The notes: generated by a model from the letters alone, not told the origin. A DNA stretch of 64,000 nucleotides from a candidate division WOR-3 bacterium (GCA_965649225.1 CBFGJX010000001.1:1-64000), one strand, 5' to 3'. Shown: positions 29,919-40,200, counted from the first letter of the stretch. A program made the numbers and translations.

Positions 29919-31556
29919 ATGTCCATTTGGCGATCGCGAATCTGGCTCGTGTTGGGCATGACAGCTATTGTGGCAGCTCATGCATGCGCGCAGCAGATTC
30001 CACTTGATGCCCTGTTGCGCGGCGGCCGGATTCATTACGATGGTCAGCGCTACGAACGGGCTCGTGAACAGTTCCAGAAAGCCCTTGATACATACGGCGC
30101 CACGGCGGAACCAGCTACGCTGGCCCAAATCCATCTCTGGCTGGGACTTTCTGACGCCCAGCTGAACCAGCGCCGTTCGGCGGCCGATCATTTCCTGACT
30201 GCGCTTAACCTCGACACCGCTCTCGCTGGCCGCATCCGGTCAAATGAGCAATGGCAGTATTATGCCTACACTAGCCTGATTTTTCGAACGCGAGAGGACT
30301 ACGGGCTCGGCGAATACGAAAACGCCCTGACAGCAGCCCTGGCGGCAGTTAAGGTCGACCCCGAGAAGCCACAGGGTTACACTCTGGTTGCCAACGCCTA
30401 CAGCGCGCTGGGACGCTTCGACGAAATGCGACGCACGGCGGAAGACTTGCTCAAGCTTGACGCCCAGAGTGCCGAAGCGCTGAGCCTGCTGGGCCTGTAT
30501 TTCCTGCAGAGGCCGGACAGCCTGTGGCCAACCCCGGAAGCACGTCTGGCCCGCTTCGATTCCGTTGCCTACTACTACGATCGCGCCATCGCCGTCTACA
30601 CCAATCGACTTGGCTCAGCCCGAAAACAGCTCGCAACCCTGCTGAAAACCGATGACCAGAATCGAATCGACGCAGTAGCCAATCAACTCATCCAGCTCAG
30701 TCGTCGTCGAGACCAGTCAGCCTTGGAAGAGTACATCAAGCGCGACTTAGGAAAAGAGCGCCAACTGACCGAAGTGGCACAGATTGCCAGTCAGCTCTTC
30801 TTCGCTGCCCAGAACATAAATTCATCAGCAAGTCGCGCTGGAACGGCGATGTTGCGTGCCGCGACAGAATCAAAGGCAGATGCATCGGAACGCTACCGTA
30901 TCAAGGCTGAGAGCCTTTTCAATGTGGCTGTTCAGACGGACCCGACCGATTTGACATCGCTCTTTGATCTTGGCCTGACGCTCTACCAGGCCGGTAAGGA
31001 CAGCGCCGCCGAGACGTCGATGCAACTGGTCATCGAGCGTGCGAATCTGCCGCTGACTGCCGTACCCAGCGGCTGGGTGGATTCGCTGCTAGCGTTGGTG
31101 ACGCCCGAAACCACCCCCATCGGGTACGCCGAAATTCCTGAGCGCCTCGGTCAGGCGGTCGACTCACTTTTGTCCGCGCTGGGTCGCAGCCAGACGATCC
31201 ATACCTGGCTTTACTTCCTTGACCTGAAGAACCGCAAAACAGCATCGCAGGCAACCATCGCCGACACTGCCGGCATGTTTCTCAGCAGCTTGACACCGCA
31301 GTTCCTTGAACAGGTATATCTTTGGCTGGGAAGCAGCCAGACTGCCCTTGCCAACTCGTTCAGCGACGCCAAACGGACCGATGCCGCACGCGCAAAATAT
31401 GTCGTCGCACTGGCCAATCTTGAAATTGCCACGAAGCTCAATCCGGCTTCCGCAGACGCCTGGCAGAACATCGGAATCTGCTATCGTGAATTGGGACAGA
31501 ACCAAAAGGCTTTTGATGCATTCCAAAAGGCAGACAGGCTACGCAAGAACAAGTGA
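29919..31556 (+). CDS. Exported tetratricopeptide repeat protein
   Basis: SD AAGGAGG, signal peptide, TPR units such as LNPASADAWQNIGICY. Confidence 0.85.
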   Translation: MSIWRSRIWLVLGMTAIVAAHACAQQIPLDALLRGGRIHYDGQRYERAREQFQKALDTYGATAEPATLAQIHLWLGLSDAQLNQRRSAADHFLTALNLDTALAGRIRSNEQWQYYAYTSLIFRTREDYGLGEYENALTAALAAVKVDPEKPQGYTLVANAYSALGRFDEMRRTAEDLLKLDAQSAEALSLLGLYFLQRPDSLWPTPEARLARFDSVAYYYDRAIAVYTNRLGSARKQLATLLKTDDQNRIDAVANQLIQLSRRRDQSALEEYIKRDLGKERQLTEVAQIASQLFFAAQNINSSASRAGTAMLRAATESKADASERYRIKAESLFNVAVQTDPTDLTSLFDLGLTLYQAGKDSAAETSMQLVIERANLPLTAVPSGWVDSLLALVTPETTPIGYAEIPERLGQAVDSLLSALGRSQTIHTWLYFLDLKNRKTASQATIADTAGMFLSSLTPQFLEQVYLWLGSSQTALANSFSDAKRTDAARAKYVVALANLEIATKLNPASADAWQNIGICYRELGQNQKAFDAFQKADRLRKNK

Positions 31557-31565
31557 GGTGATCGC

Positions 31566-32531
31566 GTGACCAAGTTACTCAATCTGCTCATCTTTGTTTT
31601 GGCAGCTGCTCTGGTTTTCGTCATTATCTATCCTCAGCTACAGGAGAATCGAACGGTGCAGCTCCGATTTGCCTGCGACAGCTCAGCCGCCGCCTTGCCG
31701 TTTCTTGTGGCATACGAGGAGTCACTTTTCAAACCCAACAAGATAACCCCTGAATTGTGCTTCTACTCCGACCCCGACCAAGCGCTGGCGGACCTCTTTG
31801 CCGGCAAGTACGACGTCGGCATTTTCCCGTGGAGTACCGTACTGAAACACTGGGCCACTAAAGGTGAAACCCTGAAAGTCTTCATGAGCCAGGAGTATCG
31901 GCAATCTCTTTATGTCGACGCAATCGTCGCTCCCGTCAAAGGAAAGGTCAAAACGATCGCTGACTTGCGCGGACGAAGGCTGGCCTTCGTTCCCCAGTTC
32001 CGCGACTACGTCCGTGTGATGCTGGCAAGCAACGGCCTGACTGAACGGGATGTCACCCTCATTGAGGCCGGTTACTCTTCGATTCTTGGCGAGCTTGACG
32101 CCGGTAAAGTTGATGCAGCCTGGCTTGTCGAACCAATGCTGTGCCCGTTGGACACGGCCCGATACCGACTGGTACAGCCCGCAGCATCGGCTCGTTTCGT
32201 AACACAACCATTTCCGGGTGCCGCAATCGGATTCGCCCCTTCCCTCCTGACACGCAGCCGCACGCTCGCAGTACGGTTGAAGAAGAGCATCGACGCTGCA
32301 GCAGCGCTCATTGAAGGCAAGGCCGACAGTGCCAAGCTTGTTCTGGGACGCTATTTCAGCTATTGCACGACTCAATGTGGTGCCTGCCGCGTGCCGGAGC
32401 CGCAGCGTCTGGCTGAAATCAATAAGACCGCTCTCACGTCACTCGCTGCACGTCTTACCGCAACTGGAGTAATTCCTGGAGATATCGACCCTAAGGCCGC
32501 CCTGGTCGAACCATCCAAGGTTATCAAGTGA
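31566..32531 (+). CDS. NMT1/SsuA/TauA-type ABC substrate-binding protein
   Basis: N-terminal anchor, GKYDVG, KTIADLRGRRL, GKVDAAWLVEP. Confidence 0.82.
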   Translation: MTKLLNLLIFVLAAALVFVIIYPQLQENRTVQLRFACDSSAAALPFLVAYEESLFKPNKITPELCFYSDPDQALADLFAGKYDVGIFPWSTVLKHWATKGETLKVFMSQEYRQSLYVDAIVAPVKGKVKTIADLRGRRLAFVPQFRDYVRVMLASNGLTERDVTLIEAGYSSILGELDAGKVDAAWLVEPMLCPLDTARYRLVQPAASARFVTQPFPGAAIGFAPSLLTRSRTLAVRLKKSIDAAAALIEGKADSAKLVLGRYFSYCTTQCGACRVPEPQRLAEINKTALTSLAARLTATGVIPGDIDPKAALVEPSKVIK

Positions 32532-32541
32532 CGGAAATCAT

Positions 32542-32815
32542 CCGGTCGCGCTAGATGGGGGGCTGGCGGTCCCCTGTAACCCGAAACCCGCCCAAGCGGG
32601 GTCGATGGGCAGTCTGAGGCATCATGTGATTGAACAAGCCGGCAGCCGTATATTGACGTTGAGGATCGGGTCTGGTGACGTTGACCACCGCCAACCCCGT
32701 CAGGACCGGAAGGTAGCAGCGGTACGCGGTTCGCGCAGCGGTCATCGGAGTGCCTGGTCGGAGTCACTTACGCTGCGGCCTCGCTCACTGGCGTCGAAGC
32801 TGCCCGCGCGACCGG
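32542..32815 (+). ncRNA. ffs: Large (Alu-domain-containing) bacterial SRP RNA
   Basis: Terminal helix ccggtcgcgc/gcgcgaccgg; Alu-like start gctagatggggggctggcggtcccctgtaacccgaaacccgc; helix 8 core gtcaggaccggaaggtagcagc; directly upstream of dnaX. Confidence 0.95.
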
Positions 32816-32826
32816 GCTGAGACACC

Positions 32827-34287
32827 ATGGCAGAAAACAGGATCCTGACACTCAAATACCGCCCCACGCGATTAGACGAGCTCTGGGTCCAGGAACACGT
32901 TCGTACCACGCTGGCCAGCGCCATCCAGAACGGTCGTCTGGCCAATGCCTACTTGTTCGCCGGTCCCCGAGGAGTCGGCAAAACAACTACGGCCCGCATT
33001 CTTGCCAAGAGTCTGAATTGTGAGCACGGCCCGACGGTGACACCCTGCAACGAATGCAGCTTCTGTCGCGAAATTGCCAGCTCACGCAGTCTCGACGTAA
33101 TTGAAATCGACGGCGCCTCGAACCGGGGAATCGACGCAATTCGTGATCTGCGCGATAGCATCCGTTATGCTCCCAATGCAGCGCGTTTTAAAATCTACAT
33201 CATCGACGAAATTCACATGCTCACCGAACCGGCCTTCAACGCTCTACTGAAAACGCTGGAAGAACCACCCGCCCATGCCAAATTTGTGTTTGCCACTACC
33301 CACGCCCACGCAGTGCCACCAACTATTATCTCTCGCTGCCAGCGTTTTGATTTTCGCAAGGCGACGCCCGGTGAAATCCGTGATCGCCTAGCCTGGCTTG
33401 CAGAAAAAGAACGTATTGCGATCACTGACGGAGCCCTGCTGACGATTGCACGCAGAGCAGACGGAGCACTGCGCGATGCTGAGAGCATGCTTGACCAATT
33501 GGCAGCATTCCGTCCCGAAGGAATCGATGCGCCCGACGTTGAAGAACTGCTGGGTATTGTGCCTGGACAGTTTTACAGCACCTTAGCCAGCCTGGTTGTC
33601 AAGGCGGACGCAGCCGGCATGCTTGAGCTAATCGCAAGGATCTTTGAAAACGGCCGTGACCCCATCGAATTTCTCCGGGGCGCGGTTGAGTATTTTCGCC
33701 AGCTGCTGACGGTAGCGACCGGTAGTTCCGTCGGCCTCAGTGACCTTACTCCCGACGAGGCCGCTGCCATTAAGGAAATGGCCAAGTACTTCAGCCCCCC
33801 CCGCATTTTGGCGATACTCGACAGATTGACTACGCTTGAGGATACGGCTCGCAACTCCGAAATACCGCGGGCATTGCTTGAGGTAGCGACGCTCGAGCTA
33901 ACGATGCTCGAACCCCCTCCCCGGCCGTCTGCTCCCTCTCCATCGCCGCATCAACCGGATTGCACGAATGAAAAAGAAGTTTCTGAACCGAGCATCTGGA
34001 ACCGTCTGCGTCTTGAGACAAACAAGCATAGACCGCTGCTTGCTGCGGCCCTTGACCTTGCCAGCGAGTCCAAACTATCCGAGGATACACTCACCCTGAC
34101 TCTGCCTGCAGATCAACGTGGGGTTTTGGCAAACATTGAGGCCGAACGCACGTTCATTGAACAGCAATTGCTGTCAATCGCCGGACGAGAAATAAGACTC
34201 GCACTGAAATTGGCCTCACCATCATCCGGCGTCGATCCGGTCTCTGCCAGACTGACGCGGATTTTCGGCAGAATTGAGGAACATTGA
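32827..34287 (+). CDS. dnaX: DNA polymerase III subunit gamma/tau
   Basis: KYRP, GPRGVGKTT, Zn motif, EIDGASNRG, DEIHML, SRC. Confidence 0.97.
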   Translation: MAENRILTLKYRPTRLDELWVQEHVRTTLASAIQNGRLANAYLFAGPRGVGKTTTARILAKSLNCEHGPTVTPCNECSFCREIASSRSLDVIEIDGASNRGIDAIRDLRDSIRYAPNAARFKIYIIDEIHMLTEPAFNALLKTLEEPPAHAKFVFATTHAHAVPPTIISRCQRFDFRKATPGEIRDRLAWLAEKERIAITDGALLTIARRADGALRDAESMLDQLAAFRPEGIDAPDVEELLGIVPGQFYSTLASLVVKADAAGMLELIARIFENGRDPIEFLRGAVEYFRQLLTVATGSSVGLSDLTPDEAAAIKEMAKYFSPPRILAILDRLTTLEDTARNSEIPRALLEVATLELTMLEPPPRPSAPSPSPHQPDCTNEKEVSEPSIWNRLRLETNKHRPLLAAALDLASESKLSEDTLTLTLPADQRGVLANIEAERTFIEQQLLSIAGREIRLALKLASPSSGVDPVSARLTRIFGRIEEH

Positions 34288-34317
34288 GACAGGCTTCTGA
34301 TATCTCTCTAAGCCAGG

Positions 34318-34902
34318 ATGCGTGACCCGCTAGAACAGCTGACCGCCAGTTTGAGCCGTCTTCCCGGCATTGGCCGAAAGTCAGCCCAGCGCATCGCATT
34401 TCATCTGCTGCGTGACCAAGGACTAATCGACGAACTGACCGGCTCCATGAACGAAGCCCGTCGTCTGCTGCACGAATGCCCTGAGTGCTTCTGCTATACG
34501 ACCGAAGAAGTCTGCTCAGTCTGTCGGGATCCGTCCCGCGACCATAGCTTGCTTTGTGTCGTCGAAGAGCCGGCTGACGCACTCGCCCTCGAACAGGCAG
34601 GCAGCTACCGGGGCATCTACCACGTACTGGGCGGGGCGTTGTCACCAATTTGCGGGGTCGGACCACAGTCACTGCGCATGGACGAGCTTCTCAAACGCGT
34701 CGGCACTGGCATCCAAGAAATAATCATCGCAACCAATCCTACTACTGAGGGCGAAGCTACTGCCGTATATATCGCCCGTGCGCTGAAAGACCGACCGGTA
34801 CGTGTCACCCGTATCGCTCGCGGGCTGCCCGTTGGCGCCGACATTGAACTTGCCGACGTCGAAACCATAAGCCGGGCCCTCGAAGGCAGGAACGAAATAT
34901 GA
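34318..34902 (+). CDS. recR: Recombination mediator RecR
   Basis: LPGIGRKSAQR, C4 zinc finger, TOPRIM EGEATA, RIARGLPVG. Confidence 0.97.
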   Translation: MRDPLEQLTASLSRLPGIGRKSAQRIAFHLLRDQGLIDELTGSMNEARRLLHECPECFCYTTEEVCSVCRDPSRDHSLLCVVEEPADALALEQAGSYRGIYHVLGGALSPICGVGPQSLRMDELLKRVGTGIQEIIIATNPTTEGEATAVYIARALKDRPVRVTRIARGLPVGADIELADVETISRALEGRNEI

Positions 34903-34954
34903 CTGGAGCACAAAGCAAGAACCGGAGACCAATAACGAACAGCCGGAGGCCCAA

Positions 34955-35278
34955 ATGAAGTTCACCCTCACTGGCCGACACTATGACATAACACCCCACC
35001 TCAGGAACTATGTTGAAAACAAACTAGGCAAACTCAACCGCTTCGACAAGCGGGTTGTTGAAACGACTGTCGTTTTGTTCAGAGACAGCATCAAAGACGT
35101 CGCCGAGGGGAAGGTTCACTTCGGCCGCAGGACTATCACCGCCAAGGGGCAAGGCGATGACATGTATGCCGCAGTAAACGACTTGGCCAGCAAACTGGTC
35201 AGCCAGCTCGAACGTCACGAAGGGCGCTTGCGCAGCCGCAAACGCGTCCCGCCGCAGGCTGCCTCGGAACAGCCGTGA
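34955..35278 (+). CDS. hpf: Ribosome hibernation factor (short HPF/RaiA)
   Basis: TGRH..ITPHLRNYVENKL, DMYAAV, QL. Confidence 0.92.
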   Translation: MKFTLTGRHYDITPHLRNYVENKLGKLNRFDKRVVETTVVLFRDSIKDVAEGKVHFGRRTITAKGQGDDMYAAVNDLASKLVSQLERHEGRLRSRKRVPPQAASEQP

Positions 35279-36267
35279 ACGGCACCTCTGGTCGGCTGAG
35301 CATCGCCACTCTCCTGCACGAAAAGCAGGAAGAATGGGGTCTCGAGCTGTTGGCGGGCCGCTCAGGGCTGGAAAATAACCAGCTTGTGACCAGCGACATT
35401 AACCGACCAGGAATGGCACTCGCAGGCTACACCGGCGTGTTTCTGGCCGAGCGTGCTCAGATTGTCGGCACCACTGAATTGACCTACCTCAGCACCCTTT
35501 CGCCGGAAACGGCCGATGATGCGGTCCGACGCCTGTTTGAACTGCAGCCATCATGCATATTCGTCACCAAAGGACTACCACTGAACAACCGCTGGCTCAC
35601 GGAAGCTGACCGTAACTCGATCCCGCTCCTGCGCACGCCCATGGACACAACGCCATTCATTCACGCACTGTCAGCCTATCTCGACCACCGATTGGCACCC
35701 GAAACCTATGTCAACGGCGAACTCGTTGACGTCTTTGGCGTCGGCCTTCTGATAACCGGCGAATCTGGTATCGGCAAATCCGAATGTGCGTTGGACTTGG
35801 TAGATCGAGGGCACCGCCTCATCGCGGACGACCTGGTTAAGGTTTTGCGGCGCGGTGCCGGTATTCTAATGGGATACTCGGCAGCACGAACACCGCTTCT
35901 GGCGCATCACATCGAGGTCCGCGGCGTTGGGATAGTTGACGTCTACAGTCTCTACGGCGTTCGGGCAATCCGAATCCAGAAACGCATAGAAGTTGAGGTC
36001 AGCCTAGTTCACTGGCGTAAAGGAATGGAGTATGAGCGAATCGGCGTTGAGGATCAGCTTGCGGAAATCCTCAATGTAAGAATACCCAAAGTCACCATCC
36101 CGGTCATCCCCGGTAAAAACCTAGCGCTGGTATTGGAGGTAATAGCCAAGAACCATATCCTGAAGGTTTTTGGCTATCATCCCGCCAAGGTCTTTGATGA
36201 CGAGCTGAAGCGAATGATGAGCCGCTCACCACGCATTGACCCGTTCATAACCGATGACCAAGAATAG
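35275..36267 (+). CDS. hprK: HPr(Ser) kinase/phosphorylase
   Basis: INRPG, GESGIGKSE, LIADD, IEVRGVG, PGKN. Confidence 0.97.
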   Translation: MNGTSGRLSIATLLHEKQEEWGLELLAGRSGLENNQLVTSDINRPGMALAGYTGVFLAERAQIVGTTELTYLSTLSPETADDAVRRLFELQPSCIFVTKGLPLNNRWLTEADRNSIPLLRTPMDTTPFIHALSAYLDHRLAPETYVNGELVDVFGVGLLITGESGIGKSECALDLVDRGHRLIADDLVKVLRRGAGILMGYSAARTPLLAHHIEVRGVGIVDVYSLYGVRAIRIQKRIEVEVSLVHWRKGMEYERIGVEDQLAEILNVRIPKVTIPVIPGKNLALVLEVIAKNHILKVFGYHPAKVFDDELKRMMSRSPRIDPFITDDQE

Positions 36268-36655
36268 TCAATCCAATCGTCACCCAGTTCAGGGCATAAT
36301 CGTCGGACACGGCAACCTGCCCGCGGCTTTACTGGAAGCAGCCCAACTGATCGTGGGGCCTGCCGGCGGCATAGAAGCCGTGAGCAACGCCAGCATGTCA
36401 ACGGACGAACTTACGGCCAAAATCGATGGCATCCTTCAGGCGACTGCGGCGGCAGCGACAATCATCTTTGTCGATATGTACGGCTCCAGCTGCGCAATTG
36501 CCAGCCTCAGAACCCAACACAACCGCTCGAACGTCGCAGTCCTCTGCGGCGTAAATCTACCCATGCTGGTACGCTTCATCACTCATCGCGACAGGGATAG
36601 CTTTGACGAACTCGTGCGCATCGTGCGGGAAGCCGGTGGCTGCCCGCACACCTGA
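36254..36655 (+). CDS. PTS mannose/fructose-family EIIA component
   Basis: IVGHG phospho-His, VDMYGSS, GVNLPML. Confidence 0.9.
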   Translation: MTKNSQSNRHPVQGIIVGHGNLPAALLEAAQLIVGPAGGIEAVSNASMSTDELTAKIDGILQATAAAATIIFVDMYGSSCAIASLRTQHNRSNVAVLCGVNLPMLVRFITHRDRDSFDELVRIVREAGGCPHT

Positions 36656-36663
36656 CCACAGCC

Positions 36664-39555
36664 CTAACCCCGGTTCTCAGCTTCAAGCCTTCTGGTCAGA
36701 CCACTCCGCCAGGCCCGCGCTGCCTCAGACACCGCCAGATTAACCACCCTCCCGCCATTCAGACCATCGATTCTGATAAAGCCGCTGTCGTCGACTCTCC
36801 CCACGACCGCATGCACAGTCCGCCGCAGACAGTCTTCAAATGCTTTGCGGTGTCGTTGCGGTACGGTACAAACAAACCTCGAATTGGACTCACTGAAAAG
36901 CAGAAAATCATCGCGTCGGAAGCGACGGGCCCCCGGCAGGCGGGTCAGATCAATCCGACACCCCAGCCTGCCCGCGATCGCCATTTCAGCAACTCCCACC
37001 GCCAACCCCCCCCCGGAGAGATCGTGACAAGCCGAAACGAATCCTCTCCGCAACGCACTGGCTACCGCCAGCATCGTCCGTCTCGCCCGCCTCGCGTCAA
37101 CCTTCGGCACCTCACGTCCAAGGCCGTGGTGAATATCGAAATACTCGCTGCCTCCGAGCTCGTCAAACGTTTCGCCGACCACATAGATGGCATCGCCCGG
37201 CCTCTTGAAGTCACTGCCGATTCCGGCAACCGAAACATCGGGGATTACGCTCAGCGCCGAAATCAATAGCGTCGGAGGTATTGGCAACGACTCGCCGGTA
37301 TCTGTTCTGAACTCGTTGTAGAGTGAATCCTTGCCGGAAATGAATGGGGTGCGAAACACCCGCGCCATGTCGTAGCACGCCCCAGCAGCCCGGACCAGCC
37401 CGGCGAGCTGATCGGGACGCTCAGGACTTCCCCAACAAAAGTTATCAAGCAATGCGGTGCGCTCAATATCACCGCCGGCCGCAACACAGTTGCGAAGCGC
37501 CTCATCAATGGCCGACGCTGCCATCCAGTAGGGATCAATCAATCCATATCTTGGGCAAATCCCCACGGCAACGACACAGCCACGCCGTGATCCCTTCACC
37601 GGAGCAATAACGCAGCCGTCAGACGGCCCGCCTTGAAACTGCCCGGCAAATGGTTTCCCGACCGTACCGGCTTGGACTTCATGATCATATTGACGGATAA
37701 CCCACTCCCTGCTCGCAATGTTAGCCGAATGCAAAACGCGCAGGAGCTGCTCAGACAGCTCAGTCTTCAGGGGAACACTCGGGTCAGCAGTTTCTGGCCT
37801 TTGCCAGCGTGCTTCGCGCTTGCAGCTACGCCATCCGCGATGAACGAAGTCCATATCGAGATCCGCCACACGCCGGCGACGATACCACAACTCCATTCGC
37901 CGCGAACCAGTCGTCCTGCCTATCACCGATATCTCAACATCGAGATTTCGCGCCAGCTCCTGGAGTGCATCGAGTTTGGTCGGCTCAATGAACGCAATCA
38001 TCCGTTCCTGCGACTCCGAAATCCAGATTTCAGCCGGAGTAAGTCCCTCATATTTGAGTGGAACCTTCTCAAGTTCAACGCTGCAGCCGACAGTTTGCGA
38101 CAATTCCCCAACCGCGCTGGAAAGCCCTCCCCCTCCGCAATCGGTCAATGCCGAGAACAGCCCCTTGTCCCTGCCGGCAGAGACGAGATCGGCGAGCTTC
38201 TTTTCTTCAATTGGGTTACCAATCTGTACCGCACCACTTCCGACTGTTTCTGATTCGTGCCCCAGTTCGGCCGAGGCAAAAGTTACACCATGGATACCGT
38301 CGCGGCCGGTTCTTCCGCCCATCAGGACTATCAACTGCCCAGCCTTCACACGCTTCTTCACGGCTGACTTAGGTATCAAGCCGAGTGTACCGCAGAACAC
38401 TAGGGGATTTCCCAAATATCCGGGATGAAAACAGATCGCTCCATTGGCGGTCGGGATTCCCATTCGATTCCCGTAATCGCGCACGCCCGCAACGACGCCT
38501 TTCATAATGCGCCGTGGATGCATTACTCCCTTCGGCAAGTCATCGACTCTGGTTTCCAGTGGCGCAAAACAGAAAACGTCGGTATTCAGTATCGGGCTCG
38601 CACCGAGTCCAGTGCCAAGGCAATCCCGGATCACACCCCCGATACCGGTCGCAGCGCCACCGTACGGCTCAATTGCCGACGGATGGTTGTGTGTCTCCAC
38701 CTTGAATGTCAATGCGTATTGATCGTCCAGTTCAACTACTCCCGAGTTATCGCTAAAGACCGACAGACACCAGGGTGGATTCAGTTCACGAGTAACCCTG
38801 AAAATGGTAAGCTTTAGAAGATTTCTGACCACCCGACCCGGCAGCTTTATCGCGCCGCGGAATGTCTTGTGCTGACAGTGTTCAGACCAAGACTGAGCTA
38901 AGGTTTCAATCTCGACATCTGTAGGGTTGCGACCTAGTCTCTCGAAATGCTGCTTTATCTCCAGCATCTCATCGCCGCTCAACGAAAGCATCCGCTGACG
39001 GGACAGCCTCTCAAGAGCAGCCAGACTCTTGCCGAGCACCGGAACACGCCGAACACGGGCACTCTGCCGCTGAAACCCGACAAAAATTTCGTCTGTCGAA
39101 CGCACGACCCGCTGGATCGCAGGATTGACCAAGAGACAATCTGTCAGTCGCTCGATTGTCCGCCGCTCGGCAACTGCATTCCGTTCTCGTCGAGCCCAGA
39201 AGCGATATGCCGTCGCGACGTGAACCTCGCACTGAGGATGACCAGCGTCGCGCAATGCCCTCAGAATGCTGTCGACGCTTGGTTCCATCACCCCCGGCCG
39301 AACAATAACCTCAACTTCGCCTGGCGGCGAGAATGCAACGCCAGCACTGATCTCGAATCGTTCCGTGACCGGATCAGCGAGCAATACGTTGGCAATCGTC
39401 CTAACCGATGATTCATCCAGCGGGCCTCGGATGTAGTACACCCTGGAGACCGAAATGTCGCCGACGCCACGAATACCAAGCTCCGAACTCTCGGACAGCA
39501 AAGCCCGCGCTTCCGGGTCAGGACCGCGACGGGTTACAGCAATTCTCCAGACCAT
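36664..39555 (-). CDS. purL: FGAM synthase PurL with N-terminal PurS-like extension
   Basis: QSWSEHC, KVETHNHPS, DCGGGG, SESQER, QYDHEV, SGKDSLYN. Confidence 0.95.
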   Translation of the reverse strand: MVWRIAVTRRGPDPEARALLSESSELGIRGVGDISVSRVYYIRGPLDESSVRTIANVLLADPVTERFEISAGVAFSPPGEVEVIVRPGVMEPSVDSILRALRDAGHPQCEVHVATAYRFWARRERNAVAERRTIERLTDCLLVNPAIQRVVRSTDEIFVGFQRQSARVRRVPVLGKSLAALERLSRQRMLSLSGDEMLEIKQHFERLGRNPTDVEIETLAQSWSEHCQHKTFRGAIKLPGRVVRNLLKLTIFRVTRELNPPWCLSVFSDNSGVVELDDQYALTFKVETHNHPSAIEPYGGAATGIGGVIRDCLGTGLGASPILNTDVFCFAPLETRVDDLPKGVMHPRRIMKGVVAGVRDYGNRMGIPTANGAICFHPGYLGNPLVFCGTLGLIPKSAVKKRVKAGQLIVLMGGRTGRDGIHGVTFASAELGHESETVGSGAVQIGNPIEEKKLADLVSAGRDKGLFSALTDCGGGGLSSAVGELSQTVGCSVELEKVPLKYEGLTPAEIWISESQERMIAFIEPTKLDALQELARNLDVEISVIGRTTGSRRMELWYRRRRVADLDMDFVHRGWRSCKREARWQRPETADPSVPLKTELSEQLLRVLHSANIASREWVIRQYDHEVQAGTVGKPFAGQFQGGPSDGCVIAPVKGSRRGCVVAVGICPRYGLIDPYWMAASAIDEALRNCVAAGGDIERTALLDNFCWGSPERPDQLAGLVRAAGACYDMARVFRTPFISGKDSLYNEFRTDTGESLPIPPTLLISALSVIPDVSVAGIGSDFKRPGDAIYVVGETFDELGGSEYFDIHHGLGREVPKVDARRARRTMLAVASALRRGFVSACHDLSGGGLAVGVAEMAIAGRLGCRIDLTRLPGARRFRRDDFLLFSESNSRFVCTVPQRHRKAFEDCLRRTVHAVVGRVDDSGFIRIDGLNGGRVVNLAVSEAARAWRSGLTRRLEAENRG

Positions 39556-39561
39556 GTAATA

Positions 39562-39589
39562 AAAATAGGGCAAAAGACCTGGGCTTCAA
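39562..39589 (-). promoter_or_regulatory. Promoter TTGAAG-N16-TATTTT, 6 nt before the purL ATG
   Basis: Reverse complement of aaaata (39562-39567) and cttcaa (39584-39589). Confidence 0.6.
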
Positions 39590-39601
39590 CAGCAGCTGCT
39601 G

Positions 39602-40111
39602 CTAGCGCTCAAGCAACTCTTCCAGTTCGGCGTCCAACGAATCTTCATCAAAAAGGGATCCCTGACCCTTCATCACCAGCTCCCCAGCCTCCCGAATCAG
39701 TGCTTTCAAAAGGTCATAGCGCCTGCGCACCTCTGCTCGAGCAGCCGGTCGGTTCGTTGTCGCCACCGTATCAAGACCGGCAACTATGACGCCGGTCTCG
39801 TGCGATACTAAATCAATCAAAAAGAACAACGAATCGACAGTCCCGCCGGCCCCTCCCCTGTCTATCGCTTGCCGACGCAAGAGGCTTGTCCGACGCTGCG
39901 CCAAAGTAAGCCGCCGGGCCATCGTCGCTCGAAATCGGTTCCACTCCTGCTCCTCGGTCAAACGCGACAGTTTGACCGGCGGCTCCGGTCGCCAAGCCCG
40001 TCTCGCGTTTGCTGCAACGACAAACCCCGCCGCGCCCAGGGCAGCGACAGAAGCAACGCCGACAACATACCACAAAGCTGCCTTTCCCCGCAAACTCGAT
40101 TTTGGGACCAC
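39602..40111 (-). CDS. Hypothetical protein with one N-terminal TM and a helical domain
   Basis: 169-aa ORF filling the gap, SD-like AGAGG. Confidence 0.65.
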   Translation of the reverse strand: MVPKSSLRGKAALWYVVGVASVAALGAAGFVVAANARRAWRPEPPVKLSRLTEEQEWNRFRATMARRLTLAQRRTSLLRRQAIDRGGAGGTVDSLFFLIDLVSHETGVIVAGLDTVATTNRPAARAEVRRRYDLLKALIREAGELVMKGQGSLFDEDSLDAELEELLER

Positions 40112-40163
40112 CGCTTGCCTCTCTGAATGATCCGTCTCTAAATTGTCCTGCGCAGACGAATCG

Positions 40164-40193
40164 TTGACATTGCGAGAAAAACTGCTTTAATAT
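40164..40193 (+). promoter_or_regulatory. tRNA promoter TTGACA...TTTAATAT
   Basis: ttgaca 40164-40169, AT-rich -10 at 40186-40193, just before the tRNA. Confidence 0.7.
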
Positions 40194-40200
40194 CAAACAC

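Noticed and set aside
33960..33985. dnaX programmed -1 frameshift site
   Set aside because: The sequence gaa aaa gaa is not an A-AAA-AAG heptamer and no convincing stimulatory hairpin follows.
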